Shown here: positions 55,649 to 63,773 of the stretch, piece after piece
Numbering within the stretch: the first letter of the stretch is position 1
Layout of the letters: the number at the start of each line of letters is the position of its first letter
Source: Alphaproteobacteria bacterium
GTDB taxonomy: Bacteria > Pseudomonadota > Alphaproteobacteria > Rhizobiales > Aestuariivirgaceae
Length of the DNA stretch: 64,000 nt
Direction of reading: 5' to 3'
Assembly: GCA_024279095.1 (NCBI GenBank)
Contig: JAJRRY010000157.1
Location: 2,040 to 66,039, forward strand
The notes under the pieces: model-generated
What the model saw: only the letters and a program-made list of their open reading frames with translations
The model's database searches: none
Told to the model about the DNA's origin: nothing
Made by a program: the position numbers and the translations under genes

Positions 55649-56944
55649 TCAGACCTGCTCCGCCTGAGTCTTCAGCTGCTTGCGGCGGATCAGCACCATC
55701 AGCAGCATGATGACCGAGAAGATCAGCATCAGGCCGAAGCCATAGTGCGGATAGGAATGGGTGGAGAACTGCGCCACCTTGCCCTGTCCGAACACCGTGG
55801 GCATGAACGGCTTGAGCGTGAAGGCGCCCATGGAGCTCATGTTGTGGCCGAACCAGTAGAGCCATGCGGCGTATTCCACCACGAAGGCCACCGGCAGAAT
55901 GGCGGGAATGAGCCCCATCAGCCAGTAGAAGAAGCGCGGACCGAACGACCCCAGGAAGAACAGGATCGGCGGAATGATGATGAGGCCCCAGAACACGGCC
56001 CACGCCGCAATGGTGACCTTTTCCACCAGAGGATTGATGCGGGCTGGATTATTGAACCAGCGCGCCAACGTCTTGTGATAATGCCACAACAGCACCTGCA
56101 TGCCGCTTCCGGTCCACTTCTGGCGCTTCTCCTTCGGCAGGCGTGCCTGATCGGTCAGGAAGGCCTGATGAAGAATCTCGATGTTGGTGGCCTTCATGTC
56201 GCCGCCCTTTTCCTTCGCCTCCTCGAGAATCTGCTTCAGGGATTTCACCTGCACGCCCTCGCCACCCCGGTTCAGGTTGGCCAGAATGTCGGAGAGCTCC
56301 TTCTGACCGGTTTTTTCAAGCTGCGAGCGGACCTCTTCCGTCTTCACGAACTTGCTGCCGCTCTTCTTCAGCTCCTCCTGCAGCTTGGCAATGATCGGCG
56401 AAAGCTCCTCGCCTGCCTCTTCCTTGCCCTCGCCCAGTGCGGTCACCAGCGACTTGATGTAGGAGGCTGGCTGATATTTTATTCCACCTTCGGTCATCAT
56501 GGTCATGTACATCCACCCGGCCATGACCGCCCAGCCCGCCATCGTGACGGCAAAACGGACCTTGGGCTGCGGAATGGCAAACCCGATCACAAGGAGAGCA
56601 AGGAACGTCAGCAGGAACGGCGAGAAGGCTTTCTCGACAACACCGCCGGCACCCGTCGGATACATGCCCACGAAATGGTTGATGGCGTCCATCTCGTGCA
56701 CGCAGTCCAGGACGATCTTCTCCTCGATCTCCGCTTTCTTCACCTTCGGGCAGCCGTTGAAGACGCCATTCATGTGAAAATGGATGCGGATGCCCTCGGG
56801 AAAGGCCGTCTTGGGATACTGCGGTGCCGTAAGAGACACCCACCATATGGGCACGAAGTAGATCACCACCAGAAGCGCCACCGCACTGGCCGCCAGGACG
56901 GCGACGATGGCGTTCTGCTTCTTCTGTGCAGCCACGTCAGTCAT
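55649..56944 (-). CDS. nosB: NosB-like integral membrane protein of clade II nos clusters
   Basis: 431 aa with several TM helices flanking a Lys/Glu-rich soluble insert of about 130 aa. It sits between the cytochrome c genes (downstream of nosZ) and nosD. Assigned by context. Confidence 0.5.
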   Translation of the reverse strand: MTDVAAQKKQNAIVAVLAASAVALLVVIYFVPIWWVSLTAPQYPKTAFPEGIRIHFHMNGVFNGCPKVKKAEIEEKIVLDCVHEMDAINHFVGMYPTGAGGVVEKAFSPFLLTFLALLVIGFAIPQPKVRFAVTMAGWAVMAGWMYMTMMTEGGIKYQPASYIKSLVTALGEGKEEAGEELSPIIAKLQEELKKSGSKFVKTEEVRSQLEKTGQKELSDILANLNRGGEGVQVKSLKQILEEAKEKGGDMKATNIEILHQAFLTDQARLPKEKRQKWTGSGMQVLLWHYHKTLARWFNNPARINPLVEKVTIAAWAVFWGLIIIPPILFFLGSFGPRFFYWLMGLIPAILPVAFVVEYAAWLYWFGHNMSSMGAFTLKPFMPTVFGQGKVAQFSTHSYPHYGFGLMLIFSVIMLLMVLIRRKQLKTQAEQV

Positions 56945-57161
56945 TGTTCAACCCTCAGATAAGCGTCCGGTCGGGCCCCCGTCTCCGAAATGGAATATCC
57001 GCTCATCCGGCGTCTCCGCCAGTAACACGGACACAAAACCTTCCGTGGCAGGATGACTTATCTACCCTGCGGGTGGGAGCGAGCAGCCGCACGGTGCGGC
57101 CGTCCGGTCGCCTTCCGGCCGTCTTCCGGATCTCCCGGAAACGACCCTTTCCGTTGCGGAT

Positions 57162-57188
57162 CCGCCCGCTCCAGTCCGGAGCGGGCGG
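57162..57188 (-). other. intercistronic stem-loop (nos operon)
   Basis: CCGCCCGCTCC-N5-GGAGCGGGCGG, an 11-bp perfect stem in the 268-nt gap between the second cytochrome c gene and nosB. No U tract. Confidence 0.5.
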
Positions 57189-57212
57189 AAGTTGTCGGTC
57201 AGAGGGACGGGA

Positions 57213-57986
57213 TCAGTCGAAGTCCGGATTGATCCAGTCCTTGCTCGGTGCCAGTTTCTCCTTCGGCACCGGAATGCGCGACACGTAGTTGATCACGGCC
57301 CGCATGTCGTCGTCGGTGAAGTTCTTGATCTGCTTCACCATGTCGGGGTTGGCATTGCGGCGCTTGCCGTCACGGATCCACTCGAACTGGCGCAGCATGT
57401 AGAGATAGTGCTGTCCCTGGATCTTCGGGAAGAACTTTTCCTCGTGACCTTCGCCATGCTCGCCATGACAGCGCACGCAGTTGTCCTTGAACAGTTTCTC
57501 GCCCTTCTTCAGATCGAGATCGTCCGGACCCTTGCCGTTGTCCGGGTTCATGGGCAGGTTGGCGATGTAGTTGGCCACCACCGCGATGGCATAGGGGCCG
57601 CCGCCCACTTCCGGAGCCGCATTCTTGATCTCCTGCGGCAGAGCAAACGGATACATGGTCGGGTTGTCGCGGTTGCCGGCACGGATATCGGCAAGCTGCT
57701 TGATGATCACCGTGTCATGCTGGCCGGCAAGCTGCGGGAAGGTGCCGTCCTTCGTGCCCCACCCTTCCGTGGTGTGGCAGGCCGAGCAGACCTCGAAGAC
57801 CGCGATGCCGTCCTTGCGGACTTTCTCCTTCAGCTTGGGGTCGTTCGGCATCTTCTTCTTCAGATCGAACAGGATCTTCGTCGCCTCGTCCTGCTCGCCA
57901 CCGCCTTCGTTCCAGGCCAGAACAGTCGGGGCGGCAACAGCGATGCCCAGACCCAGCGCACCGATGAAAGCAAGGGTTTTCTTCAT
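57213..57986 (-). CDS. periplasmic diheme cytochrome c (NosC-type electron donor candidate)
   Basis: Internal ATG with GGAGAG SD and signal peptide MKKTLAFIGALGLGIAVAAPTVLA. Two heme motifs: CSACH and CVRCH. Confidence 0.75.
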   Translation of the reverse strand: MKKTLAFIGALGLGIAVAAPTVLAWNEGGGEQDEATKILFDLKKKMPNDPKLKEKVRKDGIAVFEVCSACHTTEGWGTKDGTFPQLAGQHDTVIIKQLADIRAGNRDNPTMYPFALPQEIKNAAPEVGGGPYAIAVVANYIANLPMNPDNGKGPDDLDLKKGEKLFKDNCVRCHGEHGEGHEEKFFPKIQGQHYLYMLRQFEWIRDGKRRNANPDMVKQIKNFTDDDMRAVINYVSRIPVPKEKLAPSKDWINPDFD

Positions 57987-58102
57987 GTTTCTCTCCACTC
58001 GTGGGGTTGATCCTTTCCGCCGTTCACGATGCCGCCGGATCCTGTCCCTGTCATGCTCGCCTGCAGGAGGCCGACGGACCGAAAACCACGGATAACGCTA
58101 GT

Positions 58103-58819
58103 TCACTTCTTCGTCCGGTCAATAGTGGACAGATATGCGGCAATCTGACGGATTTCCTCGTCTTTCAGCTTCTTGACGAAGGTGTACATCGTCTTGATCT
58201 TGCCGTTGGCGCGTTTCTTGTCACGCACATCCACCATCTGGTTGAAGATGTAGGAGGCCTTCTGGCCGGCAATATAGGGATAGCCCTTGAGCGGCTTCTT
58301 GCCCTCCTTGCCGTGACAAGTACGACAACGCTTCTTCTTGTACAGCTTCGCACCGGCCTTGACATCCTCCGGTTTCAGGTCGGCCGCCGGTTTCGGCTTC
58401 GCCGGCTCCAGACCGGCCAGCCAGTCGGCGATCTGCTCGATGTCGGCCTTGCTGACCCGGACCTTGCCCTGCGGATCCACCAAGGAACCCCGCATGGCCT
58501 CGGCACGCGGCTTGTTCTGGGCGTTCATGCCACCCTTGCGCTTGCCGCTGATGATGTCCATCGTCTGGTTGATGAGGTACTTCTTGTTCTGCCCGGCCAG
58601 GTTCGGGTAGTCCTGAATGGCACGCTTGCCATCCCTGCCATGGCAGGCAATGCAGGTCATGCGCCGATAGAGGCGCTTGCCCGGATGTTTCTTCTTTTTC
58701 TCCTCGGCCACCGCGGGACCAGCCGCGAGAGGCCCCTTCACGACCGTCCCGCCTACGCCCGTTGCCAGAAAGGCTCCAACGACAAGCGCCAGGGAGGTCC
58801 GTGCAATCCTTTTGTTCAT
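58103..58819 (-). CDS. periplasmic diheme cytochrome c (c4-like, NosC-type electron donor candidate)
   Basis: Internal ATG at 58819 with AGGAGA SD and a signal peptide. Two heme motifs: CIACH and CRTCH. Confidence 0.75.
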   Translation of the reverse strand: MNKRIARTSLALVVGAFLATGVGGTVVKGPLAAGPAVAEEKKKKHPGKRLYRRMTCIACHGRDGKRAIQDYPNLAGQNKKYLINQTMDIISGKRKGGMNAQNKPRAEAMRGSLVDPQGKVRVSKADIEQIADWLAGLEPAKPKPAADLKPEDVKAGAKLYKKKRCRTCHGKEGKKPLKGYPYIAGQKASYIFNQMVDVRDKKRANGKIKTMYTFVKKLKDEEIRQIAAYLSTIDRTKK

Positions 58820-58888
58820 CGGTAGGTCTCCTGCTCTCCACACTCCCTGCCGTTCCACAATATGGAACGACCATGTCCCCTCATGGGA

Positions 58889-58918
58889 GGCGGGGGGTGC
58901 CTTTTCGCACCCCCCGCC
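58889..58918 (-). other. intercistronic stem-loop immediately downstream of nosZ
   Basis: GGCGGGGGGTGC / GCACCCCCCGCC, a 12-bp stem with no U tract, 45 nt after the nosZ stop. Confidence 0.55.
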
Positions 58919-58962
58919 TGATCTCGTGTCAGATCAAAAGCGATCCATTTACGCAGGCCGGA

Positions 58963-61269
58963 TCACTTCTTGATGACCTTGGCGCCATGCTGCTCCAGAT
59001 AGGTCTTGGCGCGCAGGCCGATGTCGGCCGCCTTGACCTGATACTGGAACCACTGCTGGGCCCACAGCGTGGCGTTCTGCCAATCCTTCTTCTTGGCGTA
59101 GTCCTCGGCCTTCTTCTTGGCGTCGGCCGCGAACTTCAGCTGGTCGGTGGCGTCCTCGACCAGTCCGACGACGGTCGGGAAGTCCTTGAAGTTGCGCGAC
59201 ACGATGAAGTTCACGACGCTGTCGATGACCTTCTGCACGCCAAGGTTCTGCTCATACTGCTTCTTGTAGTCCGCTTCGGTGTACTTCACACCTTCGGAGA
59301 CGGCAGCCTCCTCGGCCTTCATGCCTTTCGGACGGACAAGCAGGATGCCTTCCATCTCCAGATGCAGGGCCGAGCAGAACTCGGTGCAGTAGTACGGGAA
59401 CACGCCGGGCTTGTCGGCCACGAAGGTGGCGGACACGGTCTTGCCGGGCTCGATCGACAGGTTGACGTTGGTGCCCGAGATGGCGAAGCCATGGGTCTCG
59501 TCCTCGGCGCGCTCCACGTTGGTCAGGTGGATGGATACCGTGGTGCCTTCCTCGACCTCGATGATCTCAGGCGTGATGTGTGAGCGGATCACCGTGCCGT
59601 AGACATGCACGACGCCGTTCTCGTCCGTCACGATCTTCTCGCGGCCCGGACGGGTGCGGAACTCGGACTTCTTGTCCTCACGCGAGTTCCAGCCGAGCTT
59701 GTAGCGGACGATCGGCTTCAGCTTGCTGGCACGAATGGCCACCGCATAGTGCGGCTCGCCCAGCGGCACCGGCATGTCGTAGGTCAGGATCATCTTGTCG
59801 CCGGTGATGTCGATCAGCTGGTGGTTCTGCGGATGCAGCGGGCCGACCGGGTTGAAGCGGTCGATGGCCAGCTTGTTCAGCGACACCAGCCACTTGCCCT
59901 GCGGGGTGACCGAGTCGCCTTCCATCGTCATCAGGTGACCGATGTTGTAGTGGATGTGCAGCTGGTCGAGCACCTTGCCCTTGCAGTAGTCCCACTTGGT
60001 GACCATCGAGTCCACGTAGATGGACGTGTAGACCACGCAGGGCTTGGAGTCGTACTGCGTATGCAGCGGACCCAGACCCACTTCGACCTGCGTATGCAGG
60101 GACTTCTTCAGATCCAGGATCGGCAGGCCATACGGATCCTTGCCGGCGAAGTCCTTGTTCTTGATCAGGTTCTGGATCTTGGCCCAATCATACACGGAGG
60201 CGTGGGTGTCCAGCTTGCCGGACACGATGATGTACTTGCCGTCCGGCGAGAAGTCCACGCCGTGCGGAGATTTCGGCTCCGGGATCAGATAGAGCAGACC
60301 TTCCTTGATCGAGGTCTCCATCATGATCACGCGATGGCCGTTGATTTCCTTGTACTTGCCGGCCTTGACGACTTCCTCGCCCTTCTTCCAGTAGGTCAGA
60401 TGCAGGAAGTCGGTATCCTTCTGTGAACAGCCGGCCTCGAAGGGCGGACGGCCACGCTCGATACCACCTACATAACGCTCGGAACAGAACGAGTTGGTGG
60501 CACCCCAGCCATAGGATACCAGCTTGCCGGCGTCGGAGAGGTCCTGCGAATACGGCGGCAGCTCGAAGGAGAAGGATTCCTCGGGCTTGATCCGCCCTTC
60601 CTTGCGGTCGAACTTCCAGTAGGTGACCGCACCGCGGAACTTCTCGTTGAACTTGGAAAGCGGGACGTAGCCGGCATTCTTGCCAAGAGGTGCCGGATAC
60701 TGGGTCGCCTCCATGATGTATTCGGTGTTTGGCGTGACGAAGGCACCGCCATGCTCCGACATCATGATCGGGTTCACGACGATCTGCTTCGTCTCGAAGT
60801 CCTTCAGGTCGATGACGGCCACGCGCGGGTTGTTCTTGTCGTTGATGAACAGATACTCGCCGTCATACTCGCCCTTGGTCTCCGAAATCGCAGGATGGTG
60901 CGTGTCGCCGAACAGAATGTCCTTGCCGTTTATGCGACCCTGCGCCAGCACTTTCTTGGACTCGTCGTCGAAGCCGTAACCCTGCCAAGGCTCCGGCGTG
61001 AACACGCCGATGAACTTCAGGATGCGCATCGACGGAATGGCGTACACCATGATCTGACCCGACTGACCACCGGACGAGAACACGATGAACTCATCGCGCT
61101 TGCCCGTCGGGACATAGGTCTTGGCAGCGGCGAGCACGTCCTTCTCGGTGAGGCCGCGCGCCTTCATGATTGCCTCGAGCTGCCCCTGGGCCTGAGCCGC
61201 ACTGGAAAGCGCAAGCCCGAACCCTGCAGCTGTCGAGAGCAACAAGGCCTTCTTCAGCAGTGATTTCAT
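58963..61269 (-). CDS. nosZ: nitrous-oxide reductase NosZ, clade II (atypical, Sec-dependent)
   Basis: 768 aa. Sec-type signal MKSLLKKALLLSTAAGFGLALSSAAQA with no twin-arginine. CuZ region GDTHHPAISE and CuA motif YCTEFCSALHLEMEG. The neighbouring nosB/G/H genes are typical of clade II. Confidence 0.92.
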   Translation of the reverse strand: MKSLLKKALLLSTAAGFGLALSSAAQAQGQLEAIMKARGLTEKDVLAAAKTYVPTGKRDEFIVFSSGGQSGQIMVYAIPSMRILKFIGVFTPEPWQGYGFDDESKKVLAQGRINGKDILFGDTHHPAISETKGEYDGEYLFINDKNNPRVAVIDLKDFETKQIVVNPIMMSEHGGAFVTPNTEYIMEATQYPAPLGKNAGYVPLSKFNEKFRGAVTYWKFDRKEGRIKPEESFSFELPPYSQDLSDAGKLVSYGWGATNSFCSERYVGGIERGRPPFEAGCSQKDTDFLHLTYWKKGEEVVKAGKYKEINGHRVIMMETSIKEGLLYLIPEPKSPHGVDFSPDGKYIIVSGKLDTHASVYDWAKIQNLIKNKDFAGKDPYGLPILDLKKSLHTQVEVGLGPLHTQYDSKPCVVYTSIYVDSMVTKWDYCKGKVLDQLHIHYNIGHLMTMEGDSVTPQGKWLVSLNKLAIDRFNPVGPLHPQNHQLIDITGDKMILTYDMPVPLGEPHYAVAIRASKLKPIVRYKLGWNSREDKKSEFRTRPGREKIVTDENGVVHVYGTVIRSHITPEIIEVEEGTTVSIHLTNVERAEDETHGFAISGTNVNLSIEPGKTVSATFVADKPGVFPYYCTEFCSALHLEMEGILLVRPKGMKAEEAAVSEGVKYTEADYKKQYEQNLGVQKVIDSVVNFIVSRNFKDFPTVVGLVEDATDQLKFAADAKKKAEDYAKKKDWQNATLWAQQWFQYQVKAADIGLRAKTYLEQHGAKVIKK

Positions 61270-61409
61270 TTCAGTCCCCTTGGAAAGTATTTTCCCTCGT
61301 GCGTCAGGGAACGGCTCCGCCCCGGGAGCAGTCCCCTTTCGCCATCATTCGGGAAAGGTTGACCGCCTTTTCCCACGGCAACGCTATTACAAAGTCCGCA
61401 AAAGGATCA

Positions 61410-61423
61410 TTGACATGTGTCAA
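61410..61423. promoter_or_regulatory. FNR/Dnr/NnrR-type palindrome upstream of nosZ
   Basis: TTGAC-ATGT-GTCAA, a perfect dyad with the TTGAT-N4-ATCAA architecture. Its centre lies about 147 nt upstream of the nosZ ATG. Confidence 0.5.
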
Positions 61424-62025
61424 GAAGGGCTCACAAAAACTTGAGAAACACTGGAAAAATTGTGATATGCATCAACCTGGAGACGTGACGCCGGGTATAC
61501 TTGTACGGTCAGAAAACCGCTCAACTGGCCCGACTCCGCAAACGACTCGCACTACACGCAGAAATTCACCCTGAAAGTACGGGATTCTACTTCTGGTCAG
61601 GTCGGCAGGAACACTTTTACTCAAAATGCTCCATCCCCCAATACCCTCCCAACCGGACCGGAGGCCCGAAGGAATTACGCTCCACCACTGCCTGCCACAC
61701 TGAACCGGCGGCGAGCCGGAGAGAGGGTGAGGCCGTGCCCCATGTGCGTGCCCCATGTGCCAGCCCAAGCTCGGCGATGAGGCAAAGGGAAGCTAAGGTG
61801 GCACCGCACACACTGGCTCATGCCCGGGCTTGTCCCAGGTATTCACGCGGAGGTGCCATCCACTCCGTCACTGCCTGTCGCCTTGGCTTGCCGGGACAAG
61901 GTCCGGCAGTCAGCCGAAGAGGGAGCGCAGGGCCATGCCATGCAAGACGGTCGGTGACATACGTGCTGACCGGCCCTTTCAAGCGGCTTCAGAAGGGCAC
62001 GTCATCATCAAGGTCACGGGCGAAA

Positions 62026-62502
62026 TCACGGGGCTGCGGAGCCCCCCCCGCCCGAATTCATCGGCCCCGTCTGCCCGAAACCGCTGCCGGCAGGCTCGCC
62101 GTAGCTTGCCGAGGCCGCAGGCCCGCCGGGCTCGGCTGGTGCGCCACCACCACGCGAATCCAGCATGGTCAGGGCGGAATTGAAGCCCTGGAGCACCACT
62201 TCCGTGGTGTAGCGCTCCTGCCCGTTCTGGTCTGTCCACTTGCGGGTCTGAAGCTGCCCCTCGACATAGATCTTGGAGCCCTTCCGCAGATACTGCTCGG
62301 CGATGCGCGCAAGGCCCTCGTTGAAGATGACCACGCGGTGCCATTCGGTACGCTCCCGGCGCTCGCCGGTGGTACGGTCCTTCCACGTCTCCGTGGTCGC
62401 CACGCGCAGGTTGACCACCGGCCGGCCGTCCTGCATGTGCCGCACCTCCGGATCCGCTCCGAGATTGCCGATCAGGATGACCTTGTTGACCGAACCCGCC
62501 AT
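62026..62502 (-). CDS. ssb: single-stranded DNA-binding protein (as read, truncated before the acidic tail; see finding)
   Basis: [43 protein letters not shown]...WHRVVIF is a canonical OB fold, followed by a Gly-rich linker. The expected ending DLDDDVPF-stop is present in another frame, ending at 61989. Confidence 0.85.
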   Translation of the reverse strand: MAGSVNKVILIGNLGADPEVRHMQDGRPVVNLRVATTETWKDRTTGERRERTEWHRVVIFNEGLARIAEQYLRKGSKIYVEGQLQTRKWTDQNGQERYTTEVVLQGFNSALTMLDSRGGGAPAEPGGPAASASYGEPAGSGFGQTGPMNSGGGGSAAP

Positions 62503-62701
62503 CTTCTTCACTCCTTCCACCGACCTGCCCGGCCATGTCGGCAGCCGGCAGCCCTGCTCTGCGCATTTCGTTCCTGCCCGCAGCCATGGCCGCAGCAGCC
62601 CCGACACACTAGCCTGCCCGACTATCCCGTGCCAGCCTGAAGAGCGGTTCTCCACAAACCATCCCGCCTCCAACGGCACCGACAGCCGGCCATGTCAATA
62701 T

Positions 62702-62716
62702 GTTCGCTTAATGTTC
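62702..62716. promoter_or_regulatory. LexA (SOS) box, alphaproteobacterial type
   Basis: GTTC-GCTTAAT-GTTC, an exact match to GTTC-N7-GTTC, in the ssb-lexA divergent intergenic region. Confidence 0.7.
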
Positions 62717-62787
62717 TATATTCTCCGATCATTTTCTGTCAAGAGTGGCCGAAGCGACATGCGCGGGATACGGAAAAAACTCTTGCC

Positions 62788-62802
62788 GAACATTGTGGGA
62801 AC
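62788..62802. promoter_or_regulatory. LexA (SOS) box, opposite orientation
   Basis: GAAC-ATTGTGG-GAAC, an exact match, 70 nt upstream of the lexA ATG. Confidence 0.7.
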
Positions 62803-62871
62803 GGATATGTAAAGTTCAGGATTTGTTTCGAATCACTTGCGGATGTTCCCGCCGTATCCCGGAGAGGCGCC

Positions 62872-63579
62872 ATGCTGACGCGCAAGCAGTACGAGCTGCT
62901 GATGTTCATCCACCAGCGGATGAAGGAGACGGGCATTCCGCCCTCCTTCGAGGAGATGAAGGAGGCACTGGGACTACGCTCGAAATCCGGCATCCACCGC
63001 CTGATCACGGCCTTGGAGGAGCGCGGTTTCATCCGCCGCCTGCCACACAGGGCACGGGCGCTGGAGGTCATTCGCCTGCCGGAGACCATGGCGCCGCGCA
63101 TCGGTGGGCGACGCACCTTCGCCCCGGAGGTAATCGAAGGCTCGCTCGGGCGCGCCGCTCCGGAACCTCGAGAGGAGGACGGAACGGATGCCCCACGTGC
63201 GGTCGTCGTGCCCGTCATGGGCCGCATCGCGGCGGGCGTGCCCATCGAGGCCATCCAGGACCACACCCATGACGTGACCGTCCCGCCGGAGCTGCTGGGC
63301 TCCGGCGAGCACTACGCTCTGGAGGTCAGGGGCGATTCCATGATCGAAGCGGGCATACTGGATGGTGACACGGTCATCATCCGCCGCACCGACACCGCAC
63401 ACAACGGAGACATTGTGGTGGCGCTGGTGGATGACGAGGAAGCCACACTGAAGCGCCTGCGCAGAAAAGGTGCCTCCATCGCTCTGGAGGCTGCCAATCC
63501 GGCCTATGAGACGCGGATCTTCGGCCCTGACCGCGTGAAGATCCAGGGACGCCTCGTCGGTCTGCTTCGCCGATACTGA
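62872..63579 (+). CDS. lexA: LexA repressor
   Basis: Internal ATG at 62872. [56 protein letters not shown]. Cleavage and catalytic region [11 protein letters not shown] ... GDSM ... [14 protein letters not shown]. Confidence 0.95.
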   Translation: MLTRKQYELLMFIHQRMKETGIPPSFEEMKEALGLRSKSGIHRLITALEERGFIRRLPHRARALEVIRLPETMAPRIGGRRTFAPEVIEGSLGRAAPEPREEDGTDAPRAVVVPVMGRIAAGVPIEAIQDHTHDVTVPPELLGSGEHYALEVRGDSMIEAGILDGDTVIIRRTDTAHNGDIVVALVDDEEATLKRLRRKGASIALEAANPAYETRIFGPDRVKIQGRLVGLLRRY

Positions 63580-63723
63580 AACGGCCCGGCTGGTGCATGT
63601 CGCCTCGGACACCCGGGGGCGGCCCCGGCACACAGGTGGCAGATGCGTCATTTGCGCAAAATATCAATGTTCTTTCGTTCGCAGGGAATACCTGAAGCTA
63701 TTTCCAAGGGCGAAGGGACATTG

Positions 63724-63758
63724 AGATGCAGTGCAAATGGCGCAGATGCAGTGCAAAT
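63724..63758. repeat. 15-bp direct repeat, two copies, 20-bp period
   Basis: AGATGCAGTGCAAAT at 63724-63738 and at 63744-63758. Confidence 0.8.
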
Positions 63759-63773
63759 TTATGGGTCCTGAGC

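Noticed and set aside
56945-57010. 21-codon ORF (MSGYSISETGARPDAYLRVEQ) overlapping the nosB start
   Set aside because: No SD, no hydrophobic or Cys pattern, and it lies in a GC-rich spacer. Most likely fortuitous.
61460-61475. TTGTGATATGCATCAA as a second FNR/CRP box upstream of nosZ
   Set aside because: TTG and CAA are separated by 10 nt rather than the 8 nt required by TTGAT-N4-ATCAA. It also does not fit TGTGA-N6-TCACA. Kept only as an AT-rich promoter-region element.
61501-62640. 379-aa plus-strand ORF across the nosZ-ssb gap and ssb
   Set aside because: It is antisense to ssb for its second half. It is Pro/Arg/Ala-rich, has no SD and no recognisable family.
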